A stretch of 64,000 bases of DNA from Aplysia californica (lineage: Eukaryota): NCBI RefSeq assembly GCF_000002075.1, contig NW_004797696.1, positions 235,668 through 299,667 on the forward strand, given 5' to 3'. The position numbers and the translations under genes were made by a program. A model generated the notes under the pieces. The model did no database searches. It was given only the letters and a program-made list of their open reading frames with translations, and had not been told where the DNA came from. Of this stretch, positions 24,327 to 39,600 are shown piece after piece. The first letter of the stretch is position 1; each line of letters begins with the position of its first letter.

Positions 24327-27225
24327 CTGAGAGACAAAAGTCAGAAAATATGGTGAGTGAAGTTGGTGAAATGTATCCTGCTAGGTGCTGACATTTCACA
24401 AGAGAACTTTTCACATCAATTAATTAAACCTTTCAGTGCGGAGGTGTTTCCACTTACATTTGTACTGACAAGACAAAATGTCCATTCAAGAGAGATTGAA
24501 ATAAAGATAAAATACATTTCTCTTTAATAAGAGTGAGCAACTGCACAAGCGGCAAATACATCTTCTAGAACGTCCTCTATAAACAAGCAAAAAAAAGATC
24601 ACAAGAGAGGATACATGTATACACAACTGTGAAAAGGTTAAGGTACACCACAGCAGTAGCCAAAAGCCAGAAAAAGTTGATTTTGGTATCCAAAACCGGT
24701 TTTTCGAATTTGGACTATTTTAGTAGAGCAACATCTGCTTTATTGATTTGAAATATTTCAAAGTGTCTAAAACATCTATAAAGTGCTCACATATGCCGCC
24801 ATGTTTTTTAACATTGTGTTGAAATAGACCAGTATGAACTCAATTTTCTTTTCAGTTTTCTCAAAACTATGATTTTCTTAGGGGGGTGGGTCACCTATGC
24901 AGAGATATGTCTAAAAGTACATGTCACAGCTCAATCCCACTTTGCTTGACTGTTTCTAGATAATATGTTTGCAACGCACTAAAAGATTATTGTGATATTG
25001 TAATAAGTTTTCTGACAGTGTAAAAAAGATTGACAGTATCACCCTGATTTGTGATTAATTTTTAGTCAGAGTATCGTATATGACACTAAAAGGGCAGTTA
25101 CTAGAAAAGTATGAGACTTAGGAAAGTAAATCTTTACAAAGTTGCAGGTTGAATATACAGAAACACTGTGTGAAAATATCAAGGCTGTATCCATTCAATC
25201 TTTTTCAGAATCCCTGCATAGAATTTGGGTGGTGTCGGTGGCTTAGTGGTTAGGCAGGCGGACTCATAATAATCATGAGATTGCGGGTTCGGGGGTTCGA
25301 GCATCAGCACTTTACACGAATTTCCCACTTGGCTCGGTCCTTTTGGAGACGGACGTTAAACTTGGAGGCCCCGCCTCTTAAATAACCTAATAGTGTTGAT
25401 AGGGGCGTTAAACCTAAACCATTTCATTCTTTAAAAAATAGAATTCAAGCGAATTTTGGTCTGCCGAACCCTTTGCATCTAAAACAATTTGAAAAATTGA
25501 CAGTGAAATCATATACGGAAAGTGTGTTTGTTTCTAGACCCATACTGGTTATTGGGAATCCCAGTAAACTCAATTTAGAGCCCAAACAAAAATTTTCACT
25601 TCAGCTGTACCTAGTGTCTCTTAAATGTGTAAATTCCCCATCAGTATGCTAGTCTCTGAAGTATGCTAGTCTCTGAACATATTTTTTAGTTCTACTCCCC
25701 AGATCTGAGATGTGTGAGGGGTGGACCCTATCAAGAATGCCTACTCTATCCCAAAGAGACAGCCAAAGTGTCCTGGAAACAGGTCTGGATGAGGAGTGTT
25801 GGGAGTTTACTTTTAGTCAGCATCTATATGTAGTGCATTTCAACTTTGCGAATGCTCAAAATACAACTAATACATTTTATTAATCGTCTCAAAGAACTTG
25901 CAACACAATTAGGTCATATGCGTGCCAAAGATTAGAGGTATTACAAAGAATTGTTGTATATTGAATGAGCCAGTATGTACCAAATTAAAAGCTGATTTAA
26001 ATGTTATTGTCTTAATTCACTGAGAAGTGCCGAGAGCAACCAGGAAGTGGGCGCGATAGAAGCGATCTTTATTATTATTATTATCAATATTATTCTTTTT
26101 TTTTATTACTATTAAATATGGAGAGATATTTCAGCAAAAAATGGACCAACACTACACATCCATGCTGTCGGGCTCTGATGGGCTATCTCCCGAGAAGATT
26201 CGTACAAAAGAGGCTAAAAACTGCCTAATTAAACTATCAAAGACAACTTCTATATAAATTTCACCTAAGCGTTTCATGCATTTCCATTTGCTGAATTTTG
26301 ACACCATTTATTGAGATGAAGTACGGTATTTCGATCCTGCATTGCATCAACCTAAAAAAAATCAGGTTTCAGAAAATTGCGTTCAGAGTTGGCCCATTTG
26401 TGGCCGGCGCCATCTACATGTAGATATATATATATATATTCATCGTTTGTGGTATACCCACGGAGAAAAACGCAACATTACCTGGTTCTCAGCATCCTTG
26501 CAAAACTGCACCTGCACAAACCCCTGCATGCTGTGCATGTCCGAGGTGAGGCACATCCCACTGGACACGATGACCCCACGCTTACGCCACGACCACTCCT
26601 GCGATAAATAAAACAATATGCCATTGTTTCGCTGTAGTTTTTTAAAGTTTTTGTAAGAGTTTTACGGCACTTGCAACACAATAAGATCATATAAATGCCG
26701 AAGATTAGAGGTGTTACAAGAGAGTAACAAACACAAAAAAGGAGGAGAGATCAGGATGATAGATGTTTGATAGGAAAGAAGGAGCAAACCACACCAGAGC
26801 ACCCGCCAGCCACCCACTTTCGCTGTAGGAAAATTACTTATGCACACAGAAATGCTGCACGAACGATGCAAGCAATTCAGAAAACGTTTTTTACACAAAC
26901 ACCTCTTCCTAGGTGGTTATGGATTGGACACACACACTCAGAAAGTCAGACCACAACGAGACAAGACAAAGCCTAAAATGGGACTCCCAGGGGAGGAGAA
27001 AGAGAGGAAAGCCAAAATCCACCGGGGAGAGAGACATCATAACATGACCTCAGACATCATCACGTTACAAAGAGCATAGAGTTTGCTGTTGAGCTGGGAT
27101 ATGCGCCATACAAAAGCTGTTTGTGATTATATTATCATGAGTATTATGATTATCATTATATATAATTACTATTATTAACATTATACCATCATCATCATTA
27201 TTATTATAATTATTATTGTTGTCAA

Positions 27226-27267
<42 letters not shown>

Positions 27268-27387
27268 TATTAATATTATCATAATTATCATTACTATTAT
27301 GTTTATGAATATTATGAAATTTATTATTATTATTATTATCATAATTATCATTACCATTACGTTTATGAATATTATGAAAATTATTAC

Positions 27388-27424
<37 letters not shown>

Positions 27425-27635
27425 ATTATTATTATCAGCAACAGACAAGCACAAACTGGCCGCTACCTGTGAGTCCTTGCCGGGTTCACACCGCCTCAGC
27501 TTGGCCACCAGAGGGAGCTGACCAGGGTCAAGGTCGACACAGTTCTCTCCCTGCTTCAGACTGCCGTAAGCAACCTCGTCGGTTATCAGTGGTCTGGAGA
27601 AAAAGAATCAGACTTGGGGCCGGGGAGAGTTTTGT

Positions 27636-27668
<33 letters not shown>

Positions 27669-30600
27669 ACACGCGCGTGTGTGTGTGCATGTGTGTGTGC
27701 ATGTGTGTGTGTATGATATGGCAAAGCATACCACAGAGCTCTGTGTGATTGCAAATAAACCAAACTGCATTAACATTATACAGGTGAGAATTATCATTTT
27801 CCCAATCACATAAAGGGACTGCCCAGCCATGCTGGAAGTTAAGTCGTTTTCCAGTCAAGTACCAACACCCAAAAAGATACTGTTTTTTCCTATTCAGGCC
27901 GGGATCCATCTAAGTATAGAAATGAAAAGAATACCTAAAATCATAACAAATCTCTGAAGTAAATTGGAATGTCAATTTCACTGCAAAAACACAAACTGAA
28001 TCTACAAAAATGGCCAGTCTACAATCAAAAGAAATTTCCCCGGAGAAAAGCACCACACAAACCAATACAACGAAGATCAGGCAAAAATGAGATGTCAGAT
28101 GAAAATTAAAGGAGGGGGGGAGGGGAGAAGGATAAGTAGAAAGTACCCATAAGGTTACCTGATTAGTCACAAAACAGCGTAGTGAAACAACAGACAGATG
28201 GTACAAAAACAAGAATAATGCTCGTTGTTGGGAAACAAATCCCCCTCTGGAGATTGAAAATAAAGTTGGGGGAGGGGGGGGGTGTTTTTTTTAAACAACA
28301 ACAACAAAAAAAAGGAATAAAAGCACAACATAATAGCTTACTGTAGCTGCGGGTACACTGATGTAAGGAACCACTTGAAATTTTTACACTTCAATTTTCC
28401 CTTGAGTTTTCGCTGGCTGCTGACACTGAGAAAAACAATACAGGTGAAGCGTTAATAATGTACGGTGACCATAGCAATTTATGTTGCAAAGTAATTCTTT
28501 AAAAAGCACAAATGCTGCATCCACTTCTTTAATGACAATTAATTTTTTAAAATAAAAGTTTCCACTATACCAGCATGGGCAAAGTACAGCCCGCAGGACC
28601 CTGTAAGAAAAGGTCACTTACTTAAAGTATCCATCATAGACAAGCCATCTTGTTTTCTTGCCAATGCATGTACTTCACTCCTAAAGAGTTCCTACCTTTT
28701 TTTTTTTTTTTGCGTAGCTTCTTAACTCATTCGCAACGTATTATTTTCAGCTTGTGGACGATTTTTTTTCGGGAGGGCGAATGAGATGATGACTAGTGCG
28801 CAGTTCACAGGTCTTTGGGGCCACAAATTCAAATAAATATCAACGTGTTATATACCAATATTTTCAGTATGGTTTGTATAATACATCTGTAATGTTTATT
28901 TATGTATTTTTCAACTTTGGTTCCGGTAAGAGGCGATTATGCAATACAATTTTTATTGGATGCGGATCAAATTTGAAAATAAAAAATTAATAATCTTTGG
29001 TGAAACTCAAAAAATATGTTTGCACCTAGTCAAATGATACATCAAAATAACCATAAATGAATATAGAACTGGAAAATATTGAAAAGTTTGCAGTTATTTA
29101 CATACATTCCATAATATTTGTACATTTGGATCATAACATCCGATATTGAAAAAAAAAAAAGTTTTTTATAATCTTGAAAAACGATCTAAAACAGAAAAAA
29201 CCCACTCGTATCTTATATGGAACTATTCAGAATTGCATTTGGAATAAACCTATACATGTCTTGAGTGGTACTTTTTGTGTAATTTCATCAAAAAGTAGTG
29301 ATTTTGGGGAGAAAAAAGTATTTTGACAATTTAGATCTAGACCTAGATCTGGCACTCAAAAATATAGATTTCTCAATAACAGTGCATTGGCAATATGAGT
29401 CTAATCGTATCAATATTATAAAAAAGAGTCCTACACTTCTTTAGTGGGCAAAATAATGATAGACTTTGTTGTGTAAAATAACTAAGACTGGTGTCCGGGC
29501 TATAATTTTGGCATCGCGATAAAACAAAGTCGAATAAACTACAAAATCGCGTTTCAAAACTGAATCTAAACTTCCCGTTTTCAGTTGAAATGCTTGACCC
29601 GGAAGTCAACATTATATTATGACCTTTATTTTAACATGGATATGTGGATTGGAATAGAATCTAAGCTAAAATTGAAGATTGGTTCTCGAGCCGCCGGGGG
29701 CGGCTTAGCATACTGACGGCACTTTAGCCGTGCCCCCCCCTCCCCCCCACGGCTCGGCGTAGCGAATGAGTTAAGTTGAGCAACACCAAAAACTGCCTAA
29801 AGTCAGAAATACCATCTGGTGACCCTTCACCTGCACAGAATCTGCATTGACTGGGGTACAGTTGTACACCTGTTTCAACACAAATAAGTTCTGCACAAAG
29901 GGAAGTAATTTTTGCCATGTTTAACTCTCTTTTTAAGAGTGAGTGTCATCCTGTAGTATAGTTTTGTTATGCCATGTAGCTATATTTGGAGGCTTTTGGC
30001 TATACTGGGACCCAGACAATAAATGGTGACTCACACCTGCAACGACAAATTCAAATTATAAAGCCTTTTCTTCCACCGTTAAGTAGAACAAAAGGAAACC
30101 TAAATTAATTCTACAAAATTTTATTCTTAAATTTTGTGTCAAAAAGTCTCATCCTTCTTCAATATGATCATTTCATTAGATTCTTTGTTGCCAACTTCAT
30201 TTTCCAGCCTTCTTTTCACCGCATTGGCGCCGACCTGAAATAACTCACTCTGATAGTGGCTGCATTCTCGCAGAAGGCCTCACAGCGTAAAAGAACCTCT
30301 TGAATTCTTCCAGCCACACTTCTGCCAATCTCCGAGCACCTCTGTCAAGAGAAATATCAAACTAATCACATACTTTAAAAAATTATAGGCCCAGTAAAAA
30401 GGAAGGCATTATTTTAAAATATTAGTGAAACCTAAATAAAAGAGATCTATGCCTACACGGATCTACAACATTCTGTCTTTAACTATCTGTCTATTTGCTT
30501 CTCATTCATCCTGTATCTACCTACTTCTTTTCCCCTCCATTCATTTCTGCAGTGTACTGTACAGCATATTGGAGTTACTCAAAAATGAGATGGTTGTACA

Positions 30601-33600
30601 CAAGTACATGTATACATCTAGGAGTACATCCAACAACATTAATAACACTGGGTGACTCAAATCACAAATCCAAAACGTTTGAAAAAAAATGAATAAGCAA
30701 CAACCGTTTTTTTTTTTGGGGGGGGGGGTGTTTAATACGAGAAAAAAATCTAGTGTACGGTAATCAAGCTTACCGGAGGTAATTGTTGAAGATATAAAGG
30801 CGGGAACCCAGTTCTCTCCCATGTGCTTGGATGAGACCGACCCGACTGCAAGGAATTATCTCCACTTGGCCTCCACACATCCACGCACGCATCGTCAATT
30901 CTGTCAAGTGAAAGAAGCAAACATCATTACAAAGATTCTCAGCTCAGAGAAGTGAAAGTAGCAAACAACCTCACAAGGAATTGTAACTCACAGAAGTGAA
31001 AACAGTAACATAAATCTACACAAAACAACTAAATATAGATCTACATCAAAGACAACTCACTGTGAGAAACTAAAAAAGATTTCATGAGACCGAAACTACT
31101 GGTCAGAGCAAAAGCTTCAAAAAAGGTTTTCAAAGCGAAATCAATTTCTTTTCACAAACTTAGGAAAATCACAGCACCAGAGTCCACCCCCCCCCCCCCC
31201 AAAAGATGAATGCTTATAAATGCACACAAAAGTAGCATATCAACGGGACAATTCTACAGACTATTAATTTGGTTAGACAAGGCTGTGTTCGTACTTGTCC
31301 ACTGTTCTGGTTTTGCTAGCTTTCTGCACACTTAACAAACTATAATTCACTCTCAAAACCAAAATGTTTGCACTGCAAGATGATTACCGTACAGACACAG
31401 AATAATATTATCCCCGTTTAACTGTATGTATACCAAAAAAGTAGAACTTAACCATAAAGATGCATCAATTTTTTAAAATAAGTGTATCATGTCAACAAAA
31501 GAAAGAATATCACAATATAAGTGGTCCTACGGAAAAAGAAGAGACGTGAAATAAAATGTCTTTCGTACCTAAATCTTCAATGTCTTTGGACATAGGGTTG
31601 AGGTCATATTTCCCTAACCAGCTGAAAAAGTCCTTCCTGACAGCCAAGACACTTCCACACAATGTCGGAGACCTGAACAAGACAAAAAGATCACAAAAAT
31701 ATTGTCGGAAATATTTCACCAAAAGGGGAAAAAAGAAGCAGATAATGCATGTTAAAAGTAATGATTGCTCTACTCGCCTTTCCATTCAGCTTAGTCGGAG
31801 TCCAGTTATAACAATAAATGTCAAAAATCAGAGAAAACGTTTCGGTTTTTTCCTAAAATACAGAAGACTTACTCTTTTACTTCTATATCCCTATTATGAA
31901 ACCCTTCATTTTGAGGCATCATGGTGTAACAAGGTGCTTGTCAAAATAATGCAGTCAAAGAAACTGGCATGTTGCTATCTGTACGGTGACTTTTTTAAAA
32001 ATTTCATTTTTTGGCTTCAACACCTTTTATGTTCATTTAAAAAGATATATTTCTGTGTGGACTTTAATGAAAAACTTTAATCAAAGGCACAAAAATTGAA
32101 AATTTTCTGTGTCCAAGGACACTCAAGCACTGAAAGTCACCAAACTTTGGCGACCATTTTCTCACTAATTTTACCTGACATCAGGTGACTCCCACCTCCT
32201 TCAATTGCAAATATTTCAACTCCTTTAATTTAAGACTGATGGGGGGTTTCTTTTAACAAAAGCAAGACAAATGAACAAACTTTAAGATAATACCATTAAC
32301 TCTATATACCTAAAAATTGAGGAGTGCCTGATTCCAACGTGTCATGACACATTTGAAGTTAAATTTTAAGTTTAAAGGCTATTTACAGAGACAAAAAAGA
32401 CAGACAGAAAGAAAAAGCAAAGTGAAAGAAAAGAAGAAGTGTCCTCAAGCTTTCCACATCCATAAAGATCCATTTGCAAGTACAATAAAAGTCAGTAATT
32501 AGTTCTACAACACCTGTTTTGTTATTCACAAAATACCCAGGCTTGTCTCTACACTAAGGGTACAACAAATAGAACATTTTCAAAAGTTGTACTTGTAAAA
32601 ACTTACTGATGAAAGAAAGGAAAAAGGACCCAGGGCCTTACCTGATAGGAGCAGTGACATCTTCATTGGTGTGAAAAGCTAATGGAACGTCCTCCCAGCG
32701 ATGCTCCAGAGTCCAATCAAAACCTGAAAATAGTGAAAGTAATAGGTAATGGAATTCTACTTCAATAATGTACTTACAAAGATGATTGTCTACACCATCA
32801 CTGGAAACAATTAATCTTTACAGCACTATTTTTAACTCGTCATCTCTGGCAAGCCGCTCCCAGAGGCTAACAGTCAGAACCGCTGGCAGCAGCTCAGGCA
32901 TATTCCTTTCCGACGAATTCAACCTAATTACTTTTCGGCAATTGCTGAAAACAGGTCTCTTTTACCAGGAATTCGTTCATTAGATGAAAATTTATCAAAA
33001 TAGGTTCGCTTGTTTTGATTTAATGACCAATAAAGTGACGCTCTTAGGTGGAACCTGCTGCTAAATTGAAGTTCAAAGAGTGGGGTAGGTGCCTGTAACC
33101 TGCACCCTAAAATCCAATTTACAAGATGTGGTGATTTTGTTATGCTGGAATGTGATAACATTGGCAGCATAAGTAGCCAAGGTTTGACCAGATCTTTTCC
33201 TTTTAAGACAGCTGATGCTCAATCACAGGGGACTGGCTGAGACTTTTCCCTCCTCAGCCAGGAGACTCTGACACTCTTGAAGGAAGGTGGCTCTTGACAA
33301 GAATGTGTGAACTGAGCTCCTGTACTCAGCGTAGTGTATTTTAAGCCCACGCAGGTGTCATGAGGAGATCAACTACAGAGGAAGGGGATACATGCACACT
33401 ATAATTACAGGCTCTGTGTTCACGTTGCTTTTTAAACGCCAAAAACATTTTGTGTCAGACAATTTATAGCAACAAAGTTTCCAGAAAGAGGAAAAGATTA
33501 CTCTTAAAGGGGGTTATTTATATATTTATATGAAAATTCCATTACACCTGTTTAGACTGCTGTTAGGTAGAGGTTACTCTTATTTGGATTGCTGTTAAGT

Positions 33601-36600
33601 GAACACCATTGTATCATAAAATATTTATAAGACAAGGTGGGTAGAAATTACTAAAAAGCACAAATACCTCCCCTAAAAATTCCAGGCAAAGACCTGTAAC
33701 CAAAAGTCACATGATCGATGGAATCCAAGATGGGGGACACAAGACTCTTTGGACTCTGTAAATAGAACATAAAAAGAGATTATATAATCTGTGTGAGAGT
33801 CAAAGAAAATCAAAACTTCATGAATTTACCAAAACAGGGCACTGAGGTCTGGAGGTCAGAATAAAAGCAGACATAATTACCTTACAATGACACTGTCTTA
33901 AGAAAAGTTTTATGGTATTTGAAAAACAAGACAGTCACATTTAGAGGTGTTACTATAGAGTATCATTCACAAAAAAAGAAGGAGGAGAGATAAGAACGAT
34001 GGGAAAGAAGGAGAAAACCACCCACAATGACATTGTGAAGAAACTCAAGCTTCATTGGTCACTCCTTTGAAATAAATTTCTACATTCACCTCTGAAAAAA
34101 ATAGAGCATACTGAGGAATCTTAAAAACCTAAAAAAAAACACCAAAAAAACCTTCATAAACATGACACAAATTAGATGTAAGAGTCTAACATTAAGTTTG
34201 ACATGCCATCCCTTTTCTTTCTTACTCTTTTTCTTTAAGGGAAGACACTATTGAGACAACAGTTATTGCGATATCCTGGAGATAAAAGGTGTTGAGTTTT
34301 AAGTTTTAGTGAGAGTTTTACGACACTTGTAACACATTAAAGTCATATAAGAGTCGAAGATTGGTTACAAGTGTTACAAGAAGTAACAAATACAAAAAAG
34401 GAGGGGGAATAAGGACGATAGGTGTTTGATAGGAAAGACGGAGCAAACCACACCAGAACACCCGCCAACCATCATTGAAAGGGGTTGAATAAGATATTCT
34501 GATAGACTCTTTAAACCTTCAATCCGGTTCGGTAGCAATACAGGGTCAGATGGGGGTCTCAAGCCTATAAAATTATGAGGTCCAGTATACCAAATCTACC
34601 ACAAGTTCAAGAGATTTGGCTTCGAAATGATCTGTTAGTCCAGTAGATCATTGAAACATCCAAGAAAAAAATTATTAACAGGAAGATATAAATTATGAAT
34701 CACCTGGAGGATGCGAAGCAAAAGGGGAGACAACCAATTGACGTTGACCTCAGCCAAGCTATCGACAAAGACAATGACGTCCCCTGATGCTGCTTGCATG
34801 CCCTTGACCCTGGCAGCTCCCCGTCCTGAGGAACAAATCAGGGCAACCTTGAGGTGGACATAGTACTCACTTTTATTATAATAATAATAATAAATAATAA
34901 TGATACGAGGGCCGCCAAGTAAACTATATTAAGTCATATTTTTCAAATTTTTACAGGAGAGACAAAAAACGGATTTTCTTGAAGCGTTTTTGGTGGATAA
35001 ACTTCATTTTCAAAAGGGAGCCTAATGTCATGCACTTGTAGGCTCCCTTATGAAAATGAAGTTTATCCACCCAAACCGCTTTTTTCAAATCTGCTTTTTG
35101 TCTCTCCCGTAAAAATTTGAAAAATATGACTTACCATAGTTTACTTGGCACCGCTCGTAAGTAATAATAATAATAATAATAATAACAACAATAATAATAA
35201 TAATGAGGATGATGACAATAATATTAAATATTATTATACTAATCACCAGACCACTAGCACCATATTACTTTACTTTTATTAGATTCAGGTTGTTTATCCA
35301 TGACATTATAGTTATACAGTTCATTTGTTGAATAAGGTCACATTTCACTAAGAAGATGATGGTGCCAGTTGTCTATTTAGGCTATCACACCCGTAATTGT
35401 GAGACTGCAGATTTGGGGGTTCGAAAGGCATTTAACTCAAATGTCCTATTTGTTTTACCCCTTTCGGAGATAAACCTTCACCTCTAAGGTTATTTTTGAT
35501 AGGGGCATTAAATCCGCATTATTTCACATTTTCTATGCAGCTAATCGCGACGATGGTAAAACTGACACAGATGTCGAAGGAGCAGCCCGCTTACAAGAAC
35601 ACCTTCAACTATTCACAGCAATGAAGAGTGGATCGGGACCTATTAAAAAAGTTGTCACAAGGAAAATAATCTTCAGTCAATGTAGGACTATGCACTTGTG
35701 AACGCTGTTATTCTTAATAACTTAAAAAATTGAGCAAATCCATATCCATATATACACACCTTATTCACACAAAAATTATTCCATCAGACAAAAGAATTCT
35801 TCAGTCTTCAAATGCAAAGTATTTCTTTTTGTATTGGAAAAGGAGATGGAGGGAGACCCAGAATGAACTAAAAATCATGCTTCCTGTGCTTGATATACCT
35901 TCAATGGAAAAATACATAAATGAACACATCAAATATACATCTACCTCTTAAGGCAAATTCACCAGGACTGACTTTTAACAAACTTTCAAGCTACAGGTTT
36001 AAGGCACAAACCTGTGGGTTGTTCATTCCTAATAACTTGAACACCAGGCAGCTGAGAGAGTAGGTGCCCATCTTCAGCTGTGAAAAACACAAAATTAAGT
36101 TCAATCAGTCAGTGCGCTCGGTTTTGCTCTGTAATTGATTTTTTTCTTAATTTTGATCAATTCTGCCTAAAGTGGCCCCTTTTCTCCTTGACAACGGGTG
36201 GCTGTCTCAGGCAATTTCAACTGTATTGTGTGTACTGAAGCACTCTATTAATTTCTTTTAAAATTCTCAACCACCTCTGTGTAGGAAGTTCCTAATCATC
36301 AGTTCACTTGTTTTGCCTCTATGGCTGTCAGTCCGTATTTAGCAGTATAGCTATTTGACAATATAAGAGAGTACATATATCAGTAGGTTTCATTGTCTGT
36401 ACATATGAATGCTCATCCAAATAGAAATGAATGACAATAAATAGAGCTTTGGTTGAGATGGGAAAATATAATGGGAAAAGGAAACAGCAAACCTGAACCA
36501 ACCACGGACAAATATACTGCCTAAAATATTCAACATACTTTTACATCATACCATTGTTTTTTATTCAGTTTTCAACTGATCAAAATGTAGCATTTCCAAA

Positions 36601-39600
36601 GTAAAGTACTATTTTAGCATTCTTTGAAAATCACAGAACAAGAACATTTTTTCACAGGACTGCCCATGAAAGCTGCATTTGTGTAAATATGAAACTAAAG
36701 CCTACCAAATAAAAGACACTTACCGTTTCTGGAACCATCATCAACCAAAATTATCTCACGAAGGGTGACAGGGCTTGACTTTGTCAGAATACTGCAAACA
36801 GCAAAGGCATTCATCAATGTTTAGACTTTCATATCAAAAAGCAACATCTTAGATCCTCCATGATATTAATCACAATTCTTTTTCCATAACTGACTTCATG
36901 CATCTGACAATACCACATTCGACATATTCACAAAAAATTGCCTCAACTGTTTATGAACAGAACTGAGTTACAATTTAATTTTTAAAAATTATTACTCAAA
37001 ATGGTAACTAAACAAAGCTAAGCAAGGTCTAAAGAGTTTAAGAGACTGGTTGGTGGGTGATCTGGTGCGGTTTACTCCTTTTTTTATTATCAAACATCTA
37101 TTGTCCTTATATCTCTCCTTTTTTATGTTCGTAACTCTCTTGTAATACCTTTAATCTTCACTTGTTGGGTTCCTGTGCAATAAAACATTTACTAAAACTA
37201 AACAAAATTTAACCACCGCAGCATACTATACCTGACTATGTTCCTCAAAAGGACAGACCGGTCTTCATCCCTGAACGTAACAATAATACTTGGTGAAGGC
37301 AGCTCATGCTTTATGGATGAAGTTACAACACCACAACTGAAATAATCAAAGGATATATGATGCATCCTTTGAAAAACCACAAAAATTCAATCTTTAGATA
37401 TTCATCGAACACTTCATTTCATTATCAATAAAGATAGAAGAGTACCATTGTGATTGATGATTAAAATAATTCGTTATCTTTTTATTTGAGCAGTAAAAAT
37501 TATTATATTTCTTCAAAAAGCTCTCTCTCTCTCAGAAGCGAAAAAATACAACGTACATATGACAAGTAACCATACTACAAGAATTTGATACCAACAAGGT
37601 AGGCCTTATTTCTATTTTCGGTTATGAAAAATATTCATTCATTTCAACAATCAATATGACAGACTCTATCAAACTCCATAAAAAAGCTTTAAAAAAATTT
37701 TTTTTTAACCAAACTGCTATGACATAACGTAAAAAAAAAGCTTTGTTTTTCTCAAATATTCGAGTACCCATTACATAAGTCGCTGTTATTCGAATGCATA
37801 GAAATATGCCAATAGTTCTATTTCCAAAACATCTTTTCCTCAGTGACAATAAGCACAAACAGAGCCTATTAAGATACATCTAATCATGATTCCAGCTGAA
37901 TATTTTTCAACAATATATATAGTGTATCTTTGTGAAGACCCATCGCATCACAAAGAAATGGGACATTATATCTATACATTTATGACATGGGTATCCATGG
38001 TAACATAAGAGAAAAAATTGGGAAGAACACATTTTTTGTGACCTCAACAGCTATAGCAAAGTTTACAGTAGTAGGAAGTAGTTAGGGAAACACTACCTTG
38101 CATGTCTTAGGTCAGGAAGACTTCTATTCGGCTTGACTGCGCGGCTGTTGACAATATTATAACCATACCGTCGAGACAGATCTTGCTTTGCAGTATCAGG
38201 TGCAGATTCAACATAGGACAGGTGTTGGAGGAGTGACACATCAAAGGATGACTGAAGAAAACAAAAGCATCAATCAAAATTAACCTAGTGCTGGTCTCAT
38301 AACTTTCTGCAATGTTGAAAGAAAGGCTTCATTTTTTTGGGAAGGACTCAAATTTTGAATTTTGCCCAGACTGCCGCCCGATGGTTAAGGGACCTTATTC
38401 TCTTTTCATTTTTAGAATTCATGACAAGGGATCTTAACACTTGGTCACTTGGCACAATAATGCGAAAGTGAAAATTATCCGTTCCGGTCACCTGGCGTAG
38501 TCTCCCGTGAAGTCCATTGCAGTCACTCTCCTGGCTGGGTGACCAAATGGGTTGTACTGCTGGCTGTGTGACTGCAAAATTTATTAAATGTGCCGAACTT
38601 TCACAGGATACCTCTAAAATATTACGTCCTTCACATATGATATTATATAGCAGCTTTTCCCCATCCATGAAGAAATATCTGGCAGGCCCTGACTCAGTCC
38701 AATGAAATTCGGTTAGCGGTGTGCACTGACTTCGGGGTATTAGACCAACCCCTAACCACATGCTTCCCCCCCCCCCCCCCCCGCCACACACACACAGAAT
38801 GTACATGGTGTTTTTTGAATTATCAACCTAACCCTTCTCAATTCTATTCAATTCTTCTAGAAGGCAGACACTACTAGATCTAGATCTAGATCTAGTCTTT
38901 GTTTACTCTCTCACCCCCCAAAAAAATTACATTGGCTGCGTGAAGGTAGATTATAACAATTATTTCTGAGCATGAAAATGGAAATGTAGGCCTACACTTT
39001 TATATAATTTATAAAACGAAGTGACTATTTCTCCGAACGTTCTGGAAAATAAACCTGAACTCTATTTCTCCGAACGGTTTCCGATCTCGAGATTGTTTGG
39101 GTTATTTGCGAGATTTAGGCACCATCCTTTCATTCTGCCATTCTGCAAGGACTGGGAAGAAGCATTTTTTGCATCAAATTCAATTTCTAGAGCGAGAGAT
39201 TTTTAAATGTCTGAATATTCAGATACTAGTTGTGGTTGGGGCAACATTCCTGGGCTATACCAAAGATAGTACAAGACAAGATGGGTCACTTCTCTCTTTG
39301 AGCCAATTAAAAAAGAGTCCTCAAAATTTGGTGGCGCCCTCTTCACAAAAGCGCACTCTTTGCGAACAGAGTTACCCTACTTGAGTTTTAAAAAATCAAA
39401 GTGAAACTAGCAAGTTTTGGGATAAATTTCGGAAGAACGCTTTTTAAAATGGTTACGCTGACAAAAACCTCTTCCGGAGGAAAAGGAGATGGTTTTCTTC
39501 GTTTAATTTGACTTTAGAATGAAGGGCGAGAGGACATTAAAATTTAAAAAAACCTAAAACTCCGCACTGAACGTACCCGAACTGCTGATGAACAGCAGTC

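Noticed and set aside
23739-24356. 205-aa and 129-aa repetitive + strand ORFs; CRISPR-like look of the array
   Set aside because: Produced by a stop-free 22-bp minisatellite plus the antisense of a real exon; there are no unique spacers and the context is eukaryotic
24636-25624. Possible TTAA-flanked Kolobok-like element around the SINE at 25226
   Set aside because: The terminal inverted repeats match too weakly by eye to support a call
27065-27508. 147-aa poly-Asn ORF
   Set aside because: Read-through from GALNT-like exon 13 past its donor into an intronic (ATT)n microsatellite
31556-32080. 174-aa + strand ORF
   Set aside because: Antisense to GALNT-like exon 9 and running into a MITE; no recognisable domain
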